This document shows, piece by piece, positions 20,499 through 30,318 of a stretch of 32,000 bases of DNA. The position numbers were made by a program, and so were the translations under genes. The notes beneath the pieces were generated by a model. The model had not been told where the DNA came from. It saw nothing but the letters and a program-made list of their open reading frames with translations, and did not search any database. Positions within the stretch are counted from its first letter, which is position 1, and the number at the start of each line of letters is the position of its first letter. This stretch comes from Trichodesmium erythraeum IMS101 (GTDB taxonomy: Bacteria; Cyanobacteriota; Cyanobacteriia; Cyanobacteriales; Microcoleaceae), in NCBI RefSeq assembly GCF_000014265.1, contig NC_008312.1, positions 4,830,001-4,862,000 on the forward strand, read 5' to 3'.

Positions 20499-21890
20499 AT
20501 GCCATTGAGGGAGGATAGAGCCATCAACCAACAATTACATTCAATAGCAGACACCGATAAGCTAAAGTCATCTCCTGTGAATCAGTCAATACTGAAAATT
20601 TGGGGTCCTTCTCGTTTAAAAGGAAATATTAGTATTAGTGGTGCTAAAAATTCAGCGCTCCCTGCAATGGCAGCAACACTACTTTCTTCAGGTGTTTGTC
20701 GTTTGCGTCAAGTTCCATGTCTAGCAGATATTAACATAATGGGACAAGTTTTATCTGCATTAGGAGCAAGAATAAAACATAATACTAATACTTTTACTTT
20801 AGATATAGATGCAAGTATTATTAATCATCATGAAGCTCCTTATGAGTTAGTTAGACAGTTGCGTGCTAGCTTTTTTGCCATAGGTCCTATTTTGGCTAGA
20901 CTAGGGGTGGCTCGCGTACCACTACCTGGTGGATGTGCTATTGGTGCAAGACCTGTTGACCTTCATGTTAGAGGTTTACAAGCTCTAGGAGCAGAAGTTC
21001 ATATTGAACATGGTATGGTTAATGCTAATATCAGTGGTAGTAAAAAGAGGTTACAAGGGGCAAAAATTTATCTTGACTATCCCAGTGTTGGAGCCACTGA
21101 AACTTTAATGATGGCAGCTACCTTGGCTGAAGGAGAAACTATCATTGAAAATGCAGCTAAGGAACCAGAAGTAGAAGACTTGGCTAATCTATGTATAGCT
21201 ATGGGGGCTAATATTTTCGGTGCAGGTACAAAAAGGATAGTAATATCTGGAGTACCAAAACTACACTCAGTAGATTATACTATTATTCCTGATAGGATAG
21301 AAGCTGGTACATTCTTAATAGCTGGCGCGATAACTAATTCAGATATAAGTATTTCACCAGTAGTGCCTAAACATTTGAGTGCAGTTATTTCTAAACTTCA
21401 GTCGGTAGGTGTAAAAGTTATACAGGAAACATCTGATAGTTTACGTCTTTTACCTAGTGAAATATTGAAATCTACTAATATTAAAACTCAACCATATCCT
21501 GGTTTTCCTACAGATATGCAGGCTCCATTTATGGCTTTGCTTAGTGTCTGTTCTGGCACTAGTGATGTTACAGAAACAGTATTTGAGAATCGTATGCGCC
21601 ATGTTTCAGAATTAAATAGAATGGGTGCTAATATTAGGGTTAAAGGAAATCATGCTATTGTTAAAGGTGTACCTAAGTTATCTGCTGCTCCAATTATTGG
21701 TACTGACCTTAGAGCTTCTGCTGCCTTGATATTAGCAGCGCTAGCAGCAGAAGGGGAAACAACTTTTCAGGGTCTACAACACCTTGATCGAGGCTACGAA
21801 CAACTAGAAATTAAATTGCAAAAGTTAGGAGCAAAATTCGAAAGAGTGGACTTAGTTGAAGAAAATGAGATTTTCCAAGCTTCTATCTAA
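20499..21890 (+). CDS. murA: UDP-N-acetylglucosamine 1-carboxyvinyltransferase
   Basis: 463 aa. [14 protein letters not shown], active-site Cys in [15 protein letters not shown], and C-terminal [12 protein letters not shown]. The N-terminus is uncertain; an in-frame GTG at 20577 is an alternative start. Confidence 0.9.
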   Translation: MPLREDRAINQQLHSIADTDKLKSSPVNQSILKIWGPSRLKGNISISGAKNSALPAMAATLLSSGVCRLRQVPCLADINIMGQVLSALGARIKHNTNTFTLDIDASIINHHEAPYELVRQLRASFFAIGPILARLGVARVPLPGGCAIGARPVDLHVRGLQALGAEVHIEHGMVNANISGSKKRLQGAKIYLDYPSVGATETLMMAATLAEGETIIENAAKEPEVEDLANLCIAMGANIFGAGTKRIVISGVPKLHSVDYTIIPDRIEAGTFLIAGAITNSDISISPVVPKHLSAVISKLQSVGVKVIQETSDSLRLLPSEILKSTNIKTQPYPGFPTDMQAPFMALLSVCSGTSDVTETVFENRMRHVSELNRMGANIRVKGNHAIVKGVPKLSAAPIIGTDLRASAALILAALAAEGETTFQGLQHLDRGYEQLEIKLQKLGAKFERVDLVEENEIFQASI

Positions 21891-22448
21891 TAAAAATCTG
21901 ATTACACTCTAGTAAAAGTAGAAGCTATCAGAGATTTTGTTTGTTTATTGGAGAACAGATGTATTCAAAACAATAACTAAAAAGTTGTCTTTTTATGAGT
22001 GAGGCTCTAAACCAAATTTTTCGGTAAATGGTTTGAATATATACACTTCCTACGGCCCGTGAGGTAAATATCTAGCGGGCAATATGCTTATACTACAAAA
22101 ATTTTATCTTTAACGCCTTGTAGATCATTTGGATAATCTGATCCTGTCTTTTCAAAGGTCATAAAAGATGTTAATAGACCTCTGAGAAAAGTCTGAATTT
22201 GAAGTATCTTATGGTTGACAAATCAGATATTGTCCTACTTTAAAGAGCTATTTGTAGCTAAATAATAATCAGTACTTATAGAATTTCAAAGAGCTAATGG
22301 AGTAGGGTTTGTTTCTTTCACGATTACCAACCAACAGTGATTTTATTATTTTTTGCTGATTTAGTTCTGGGCATAGCTTTTGTAAGTACTTTATGCTTCG
22401 ATTATATCTTTTCTATACGTTTGCAAGGAGGTAAACTTTTATATAATA

Positions 22449-23480
22449 CAGCAGTTTCTGAAGCTATGAGTTGCACTTATAGTTAAGAATTTGATGATAT
22501 AAATATGAATTCATATCCAAAAGAACTTATCAGAAAAAATAGTTGCGACACATCTGAAACAGAAAATATTAATTCCCATTTGTAGCCATCATATTTTCTG
22601 TTATTAAAGGTTTAGTCCAGAAACTAATAAAATAACACAAAACAGATGTAAATTTAGAACTATTAAAATGTGGTTAATCAAGGTTTAGTCATCTGATATG
22701 CTACAGATTTAGATTTCCAACAACTTGTGTCAGAAAATCCAGATGCAACTATCGCAGAATTATATGAAGTATTTTAACCTTTTAATAAGAAATTGGTTAA
22801 GTTGTACTGGTATATTTCGAGCTTGACAAAAATTATGATTAAGTCGTAAAAAAAATGCAGCGTAGTAGTTCTAGTCGGAACAGAAAGAGTACAAAAATTA
22901 AGAGAAGAATATAAAGAAATTAGTGAAAAATATACACCCAGAAAATTTAGTATTTATAGATGGAATAGGTGTAATATTAGGTTCAACCAAAACTCATCCA
23001 TGCTTACTCGCTTTGGGGATAATGGGTTAATTAAATGAAGTCATTTTATCTCCCTCAGAAAGTTACAGTAATTAGTGCAATAAGTATTAAATAAGTAGTA
23101 GGGTTAATGACAATAAATAATTCAATGGCAAGTATTGCATTTAAAGTATTTATTGAACGTTTTTGACTACCATATTTATAGTTAGGAGCGGTATTTTTGA
23201 TGGATAATTTACCTGCACATAAACTAGCATTAATTGAACATAGAATAAAATCTGTAGGAGGGAAAATTATAAATTTATCCCCATATTTCTCAAACTTTAA
23301 TTTTTAAGAAGTTATGATGGTCACAATTGAAATATTTTGTACGAATTTTTTCTCCAACAGTACACAAAAATGGTTGATATAGTCACCTGGGGTAGTACTT
23401 TAGTTAATATAATTCTCAACATTTAAAAAACTGCTTTACTAAGTGCTGTTATTGTACCTCATCGGCAACGGAAAGTGCTG
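22449..23480 (+). mobile_element. decayed IS630-family element (third lineage) with TA flanks
   Basis: Left end ta|cagcagtttctgaagctatgag (22447 onward). Right end ctcatcggcaacggaaagtgctg|ta (to 23482). The ends are inverted copies with a few mismatches and one indel, and both are flanked by TA. Confidence 0.6.
22505..23455 (+). pseudogene. IS630-family transposase pseudogene
   Basis: MNSYPKELIRK.., ..FQQLVSENPDATIAELYEVF.., ..ERVQKLREEYKEISEKY.PENLVFIDGIGVILG.TKTH.., ..VVGLMTINNSM.., ..FDG*FTCT (MDNLPAHK equivalent), ..LKNCFTKCCY. The colinear IS630 transposase is readable only by hopping frames through many stops. Confidence 0.7.
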
Positions 23481-24251
23481 TAAATTCTTTTCTTTAAGGG
23501 TGGGTTTTAGGGGTCTTGTCTGTGGTAAAAATACTAGAATTATAGTCAAAAGTAAAGGAAATTAGGCTATTTTACACAATAATTTAGATAGTAATTAGAC
23601 AATAATTTTAGCCAAGGATAACTATTTATCATAAGTTTCTACCCTTTATTTCCTCTGTCTATACCGTGACATTTTTAGCACTAGCTAAATATAAATTTTC
23701 CTCTTTAGTTATTAATCTTAATTAAGCTTTTTGTTGGTGATACTTATGCTATTTTTATGCTAGTTTTTTGTTGTTTAAGTACCGCCATTCTGTGCTGTAA
23801 TTATCTATTTCTACTTCTATTACTACACCTCTATATTAAGCCTATTATCTGTTAATAAGTCACTCATTAAAACATGAAAATAAATCATGTCGTCTGTGTG
23901 TACGTTAAAGCAGTCCTCTTTAGCTAGCATATCCAGTTCGGTTTTTTTTTAAGGTTATATTCCTAAATATTTTAATCTGGTTTCTTACTTTATTTATCAA
24001 GGTTCTTTGTATGTTATTATTATCAATTTGAGTATTATCACTTAAGATAAGTTTTAAGCTCAGAAATGGTATTGAAGCGATTCATTCTAACTCCTGACTA
24101 TTGTAATTTGCAAATCTGAAAGTCCCCGAAATGTCTCCTAAAAAATCCCCTAGCTATTTGTAGAAAAAATTTGTAGCAAAAATTTATAAAATTAGTTTTA
24201 TTTATGTAAAATTGATATTTTGGTATTACATTTTGGTATTAGTTATAAGCA

Positions 24252-24286
24252 TAAAAAAGAAAGTAGGAAGATTCCATGGAATCTTC
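24252..24286 (-). terminator. rho-independent terminator of the MFS gene
   Basis: Perfect 20-bp palindrome gaagattccatggaatcttc (24267-24286), 37 nt downstream of the stop codon. On the minus strand it is followed by ctactttctttttta. Confidence 0.55.
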
Positions 24287-24322
24287 TTACAGAGGTTTGA
24301 TAAAAGCTTGATTTACTCTTTT

Positions 24323-25660
24323 TTACATTAATACAGTTTGTTCAGTATTATCAGTCTCAGTTTTATTGACTTGAAATCTATCAGTATCATTTAATTCTAT
24401 TTCTACCCTTCGCAACTGTGGAGTACGATAAGCAACTAATACCGCTCCAATATTCAATAAACCCATCAATACAAATAATAAAGCTATTCCTCTACCATCT
24501 CCAACCCCAATAATTCTTCCTACACTACTTGCCAAAATTCCATTTTCACTCATCAAAGGTTTAAACATAAACTCTACTAAAGGTGCCGCGCTTAGATGAG
24601 TAATTACTAACAAAAACTTTTCCATCATATTCTGCAAAGAAAAAACTCGCCCTTGTAAATATTGAGGTACTTTCTGTTGCCAAATAGTATGATTTAAACT
24701 AACAACAATTGCTCTAGAACATAAATAGCCAAATCCTCCAATAGCAGCCAAAATTACAGCGGGTTTTAATCCTCCTAAACATAGACATAGTCCTTGGATA
24801 AATACAAAAACTAAAATACCTTCTATCCTACGTTTAGAACATCCCCATAAACTTACTATAACACTTCCTAATAACATTCCAATGCCACTAACAGACATTA
24901 CTATTCCTAGTTCTTTTTCCGAAGCAAAGCTTAATACCATTGGCAAGAATAAAACTTGCAATATTCCCGCACTTAGATAAATAACTCCAAAGAAAATAGT
25001 CAATTGGCGTAAACCAGTACGGACGACTACATAATTCCATCCTGAAATAACTTCCTGCCATAACTTTTCAATACTTACTTTTCGTCTAATCTTTTGCTGC
25101 TGACTTATGGGGAATTTGACACTTAACAGAGTAAAAAATGCCAGTAGATAGGTACTAAAATCGATTAATAATATGCCGTGAAGATGAATTTTGATGATCA
25201 ACACACCAGCTATACTTGGGCCAAGAATTCTTGCTGTTGCTATTGCACCTTGTACCATGCCATTTGCCCGACTCAAATGTTTTGGAGGTACAAGTTGGGG
25301 GATTACAGATATATAAGCTGGCCATTGAAAAGCGTTACAGACAGAACTAATACCCACTGCTATATAGATATGCCAAACTTGTAGTTGTTGGGAGAATACT
25401 AAGAACATTATTGCTAATGCTGTTACTCCAGTGATTGAGTCGCTGACAATCATTGCTTGACGACGACTCCAGCGGTCTACCATTGCACCAGCAAATGGTG
25501 AAATAAAGATACTAGGTAGATGAATGAATAAAGACAACAGAGCATAGTGGGTAATTGAACCTGTTGTTTGATATACCCATACTGCTAGAGCAAATTCACT
25601 CAGACTAGAACCTAATAGAGAAAAAACTTGACCCAACCATATAAATACGAATGTTTGCAT
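24323..25660 (-). CDS. MFS transporter (DUF894 / EntS-like exporter type)
   Basis: 445 aa. About 12 hydrophobic spans, and the MVDRWSRR loop motif after TM2, as in the MFS_3/enterobactin-exporter-like group. Confidence 0.8.
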   Translation of the reverse strand: MQTFVFIWLGQVFSLLGSSLSEFALAVWVYQTTGSITHYALLSLFIHLPSIFISPFAGAMVDRWSRRQAMIVSDSITGVTALAIMFLVFSQQLQVWHIYIAVGISSVCNAFQWPAYISVIPQLVPPKHLSRANGMVQGAIATARILGPSIAGVLIIKIHLHGILLIDFSTYLLAFFTLLSVKFPISQQQKIRRKVSIEKLWQEVISGWNYVVVRTGLRQLTIFFGVIYLSAGILQVLFLPMVLSFASEKELGIVMSVSGIGMLLGSVIVSLWGCSKRRIEGILVFVFIQGLCLCLGGLKPAVILAAIGGFGYLCSRAIVVSLNHTIWQQKVPQYLQGRVFSLQNMMEKFLLVITHLSAAPLVEFMFKPLMSENGILASSVGRIIGVGDGRGIALLFVLMGLLNIGAVLVAYRTPQLRRVEIELNDTDRFQVNKTETDNTEQTVLM

Positions 25661-27059
25661 AACTTTAAGTTCTTAGATGAATCATATATAGAGTCGAATG
25701 GCATTTGTTGAGTTTGCTCGATAATACTTAATTATAGTTTGATTATGGTGATTTTAAAACACTCAATATTTATTAACCTAGGTATTTAAGCCCTAATATT
25801 TTTTTGTCTCTTGAACTTATTGATAAATGCTCAGGCTATTAGCTATTAAATTAATTTCATTTTTGTCAGATAGTTTGTCAGATATAACTAATATTATTAT
25901 AGTTATTTAATAAATTTACTCTGTTAAATTAGTCACTTAAAAGTTATAAGGCTGAAAAACTAAAAAGTACTTTTATTTACTCTAACTGTATCTTCATAGA
26001 AATAAAGCAAAGATTAAATTATCTTAATATTTTTATAATTTATTTTTATCGAAAATTTTCTCTAATACTATTCCTGAAAGGAACCCAAGAAGTATTGTTG
26101 CAAATGAGACAAAAAAAATATATAAAATCAAGTAAGGTTTTGAATCTATAATTGATAGAAAAATAATCTGAATGTTGTTATTATTTAGATAGCTATAATT
26201 TTTTTTGACATTTTCTTGAGCACTTAAAATAGAAGTAATCGTATATTTTTAGCTAAAATTGTCAAGCACTTTTTTGATATAATTAAGTAAACTTTTTTCC
26301 AACTTTCGAGTATCATCAAATTTAATTCATTCATACTTAATAAATTTCCAGTAGTTTCTACTTCATATTTTCCTTCCTATCAGAAAGAAAAAGGAAGATT
26401 AAGATGATAAATTTATTTACTAGTATATTAAGAGAGTATCAAAGATAGCTATTCTTCTACTAGTATTGAATCTTCTATACTATATTTTATAGCAATTCCC
26501 AAAAATAATCTTATACTTACTTAAAACTTCAAAAGATTAATAAAGAAGTAAGACCAATATTTTTAACACTTTTTTTTTACAACGCGCAAAGATATCTTAA
26601 TACCTAGGAACTCTAGATGCTATATCCATTATATGGAAACTCCCAAGCATCTCTTAATAAGATTTAGGAATACTTTTAATTTTGGTATTTATTTATTAGT
26701 TAGGAATCAAGATTTTTAGCATAATTAAACCTTAAATATTTTTTTGATAAATAGTTTCTTAAATTACAGATAAATCTTTATATTACTAGCAGAACGAATC
26801 CAATAAACCAAACCCTAGCTTATTATTTGTCACATCCAGATGGATAACCCTTAGTCTTATTTAGCCGTCAGGTCTTAACTGATAAGTTTATGCAAGTAAA
26901 TACCAAGTTTACCTGATAATTACATGACAAACACTCCTAATATTCCTAACATTTTAGTACGGTGCGGTTCAAAGGCAATGGGAAGCAAAGTTTGCTGTAC
27001 AAACATAACTTTTTCATTCTCTTTGGAGACTAATTACTTCTTTCAATAGAATGAGTTAA

Positions 27060-27087
27060 TAACTGATAACTGATAACTGATAACTGA
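27060..27087. repeat. perfect heptamer tandem repeat (TAACTGA)x4, STRR-like
   Basis: taactga taactga taactga taactga, then tag. It lies 26 nt downstream of the glycosyltransferase stop codon. Confidence 0.85.
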
Positions 27088-27112
27088 TAGTTAATAGCCG
27101 AAAGCTGAATGC

Positions 27113-28336
27113 TTATGATTGGAGTATAATTTGCTCTTGCCAAATTTTAACTAAGTTAGCTACTGCATTATCCCAACTATATTTTGAAATAGTTTCCCTG
27201 CCATTAATACCCATTTCTTTCCGTAAATTACTATCTTCAATTAAGAGCTTCAATTTATCACAAAAACTTTCCTGATTTCCTGGTGTAAATAATAAGCCAT
27301 TTCTACCATTTTGAATATTTTCTGTAACTCCTCCTGCTTCAGGAGCAACTACTGGAATACCTGCTGCAAATGCTTCTAATACAGTTAAACCTCTAGTTTC
27401 TTTTTCTGAAGCTGTGACATGAAAATTACTATTTTTTAAAATATTAGGTATATGTTTGGGAGATATTCTACCTAATAAATAAACATGATTTGTTACTTGA
27501 GATAACCTGTTTGATATTTCCTCACGCATCGGACCATCCCCAACAATTATTATGGCAACATTTTCTATATTTACTAATTGTTGAAGTTTTACAAAAGCAC
27601 CTAAGGTAAATTTCCAGCCCTTATCTTCGGTTAATCTACCTAAAAATACTATTTTTACTTTGTTGTTTAAGTTAGGAATTTGATAATTTAGTTCCCAAAA
27701 ATTGGTTGTTATTGTAGCTGAATTAAATTTTTCTATATCAAAACCATGAAAGTTGATATACATAGCATTTTTGATACCCATGCCAATAATTTTTTGATGG
27801 GTTATAGTACTAGAAACTAAAGTCAAATCGTATTTGTTGTAAATTGAAACAAAACTTTTTTCAAAGATTAACTGTAACATTAGGTTAATGCCTTTTGGTA
27901 AAGGCAAAAAATCTTCAAAATATTCTAAAAAGTTAGTTCTGAAAGTACAAATACAGGGAATATTGTTTTCTCTAGCAAATTTGATTCCAGCTAAACGAAA
28001 AAAAGCAAAAAATAATCTTTCTGGTTCATCTACATGAATAATATCTGGTTGAAACTTTTCTAGCTCTCGAACAACTATTTTATAAGTATTAAATCCCACA
28101 TTCCTTTCAAAATCTAGAAATGGTGTACTAGGTAAGTTAATGACTTGAATTCCTGGGAAAATATTACCAGTATAATCCTTCCAATTGGGATATAAGTGAG
28201 CAAGGGGACTATAGTCTGGGCAAAATAATAAAACTTGATGTCCGAATTGACTAAGTTTTTGAACTCGGTAATAACCACTGACGGTTACTCCATCTAATAC
28301 AGGTAAAAATCCAGAGGCAATAATAGCAATTTTCAT
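27113..28336 (-). CDS. GT4-family (GT-B fold) glycosyltransferase, lipid-glycosyltransferase-like
   Basis: The likely start is the ATG at 28336 (MKIAIIASGFLPVLDGVTVS...), not the 28375 start in the track. The N-terminal FLPxxDGV motif is typical of the SqdX/UGDG-like GT4 group. The C-terminal E-x7-E region is EKETRGLTVLEAFAAGIPVVAPEAGGVTENIQNGRNGLLF. Confidence 0.85.
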   Translation of the reverse strand: MKIAIIASGFLPVLDGVTVSGYYRVQKLSQFGHQVLLFCPDYSPLAHLYPNWKDYTGNIFPGIQVINLPSTPFLDFERNVGFNTYKIVVRELEKFQPDIIHVDEPERLFFAFFRLAGIKFARENNIPCICTFRTNFLEYFEDFLPLPKGINLMLQLIFEKSFVSIYNKYDLTLVSSTITHQKIIGMGIKNAMYINFHGFDIEKFNSATITTNFWELNYQIPNLNNKVKIVFLGRLTEDKGWKFTLGAFVKLQQLVNIENVAIIIVGDGPMREEISNRLSQVTNHVYLLGRISPKHIPNILKNSNFHVTASEKETRGLTVLEAFAAGIPVVAPEAGGVTENIQNGRNGLLFTPGNQESFCDKLKLLIEDSNLRKEMGINGRETISKYSWDNAVANLVKIWQEQIILQS

Positions 28337-29769
28337 AAACATAAATAAAGGAAAAATAAATAAAAAAGAAGGCAATAAATCTAAGGTTTCAGTTAATTTA
28401 AGTCATTATTAATAAGCCTAATTATGAGTGCTAATTTTTCTAAAAATAAAAACTTAACTTATTTTGTAGGATTTTTATTAATATATATAGAAAATAGTAT
28501 ACTACAATTAGAAAGAATAACAAGCTTTTAACTATAAATTTTTACCTTATAATGATTAGTTAAGGAGGTAATAAAAAAGTCTTTTTGCATTCATTTTTTT
28601 TTAATTTATAATTGCGCTTCATAAACTTACAAAATAAAGGTTTAAAATTTGGGAATAAAACGATTTATATGATTAATATTCTGTTAAAATAACTCGTAAT
28701 CAGTAATAATATTTTAATAATATTTTCTGTAGTTTGAGACTGTAATTGTGATTGTGATGAAAAGAGGCGATCGCTTATTTTAGTTCTTGATATATTTATT
28801 ATAAACTAACTTAAGTTTTTTGAATTTTCACAATTTATAATAATTTTTATATTTGTTGAATGGGAAGTTGATCAACTATTTTTTGAGCTTTTTCTAGTAT
28901 CGCTATAATATACAATTGAGTTTAACTACTATTCTTTTATATAAATGATAATTTAGTTTCAAAAAAATGTGGCGATCGCTTTATTGCATCTGATTTAATT
29001 TAACTTGAAAAATTGCCTCAGTTTCTTTTCTCTCTATAGCAATCTAAATCATTTATGAAAATTACTAGTATTGTGAAAAATAGCTATAAACACTCTTACT
29101 TTTGGTTTCTCTCTTCAGGATAAGTACCTTATAGTCACCCATCTTTTTCAGAAATCAGATAGAATTACTATATAAATTTATGATAGTAGAAGATAATTAA
29201 TATTTTCCGTATTCTGAATCATTAATAGTTCTAATTCGTGAAACTTTTATGAATTCGTAGGGATTTTATGAAATATATTTGTAAAAGTGATTTGTTCATC
29301 TTCTCAAATCTTAATTTCCATTGTCCTTGATTATAATTTATAAAACATCATTTATTGCTGGTAAATATAAATTATAGCAATGGAATAAAAGATTAAAAAT
29401 CTGAATTATTTCGGTTTTTTTAGAGATTAATCTTGATATATTCAGCCATACTTATATGGCTATATTACTAATATTTTTCATAACAAAAGAAATTGATTTG
29501 CTGATAAATATTTAATAGTAAATTTAATAGTAAATTATAAATAATAATAGCAGTTTATTTGTATTTATAAATCAGAAAAATTAACTCTATATCAAAACTT
29601 GAAAGCAGTTTGTCTGTCTTTATAAATTAGCAAAAATAAACTATTTATCAAGGCTTTAAAATTGACTCAAATTTTGTTGTATTAAATTTTTATATTACTT
29701 TTAAATTTTTACTTTTTACTTTTTACTTCCATGAAACAGTTTCTCGCTTTCGAGTCATTCCTATAATTC

Positions 29770-30240
29770 CTTCAACTGTAAAATATGAAATATTTTCAAT
29801 AGTAAAAAGTATGTGATTTCCGGCAAATACCAGTGGTAAACTTAGAAATATTATCTTGCTGTAAAAGTACTTTGAGTTCATAGACTGAGAAAAAATTAAC
29901 TTGGCTTTCCTGACGCTTTACCCTGGGTAACGGCTTACTTACCATATAACTTGGTAGCCACGATGATTTTGAAGTTGAATAATTTTTCATTACATTGGCA
30001 ATTATTGACCCAGTAAGTGGCTTAGGATAGGGGCCATTTTACCAGAATGACTTTACTATTAAACAACAGAAAGCGCTGTAAATCTTTTGTTTTTAAAGAT
30101 GGGGTAATATTTTGACTTGGTTGGGAAAATAAAGGTTCAGAAAAAAGGCCCTTTTTTTGACCAATACCAATCTTTGGTTCTTCTCTTGAGGAAATTTGTT
30201 GTCCACCCATATTGGCCCTAATTTCATGCCCATACCCTAT
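29770..30240 (-). pseudogene. possible remnant of an Sfp/HetI-type 4'-phosphopantetheinyl transferase (tentative)
   Basis: Minus-strand pieces in different frames: ..EEPKIGIGQKKGLF...RFLLFNSKVILV.. (compare ..EP....GKP.L...LLFNLSHS..), ..KRQESQVNFFSVYELKVLL.. (compare ..LESLAKRFF.P.E.ELL..), and ..VYHWYLPEITYFL.. (compare ..YWTCKEAYLKA..). The order is colinear with HetI as I remember it, but identity is low and the N-terminus is missing. Track ORFs 29796..29990 and 30022..30210 are parts of it. Confidence 0.3.
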
Positions 30241-30318
30241 TATCTGAAACCCTTATAAAAACACAGTGGATTTTCTAATACAATGCTCCAATAACTAACC
30301 TGCTGAAAAAATTCTCAA

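Noticed and set aside
22055-22080. GC-rich 5-bp stem (gcccg ... cgggc) standing out in an AT-rich spacer, considered as part of a structured ncRNA
   Set aside because: There is only one short helix, with a 16-nt loop, no flanking conserved-looking structure and no match to any RNA family I can recognise (tmRNA, RNase P, 6S, SRP, Yfr1).
29513-29537. Tandem 12-mer (ttaatagtaaat x2) and the heptamer arrays, considered as possible CRISPR or other arrays
   Set aside because: The units are far too short, there are no spacers, and there are only 2-4 copies. No cas genes are present. This is slippage-type repeat in AT-rich DNA.
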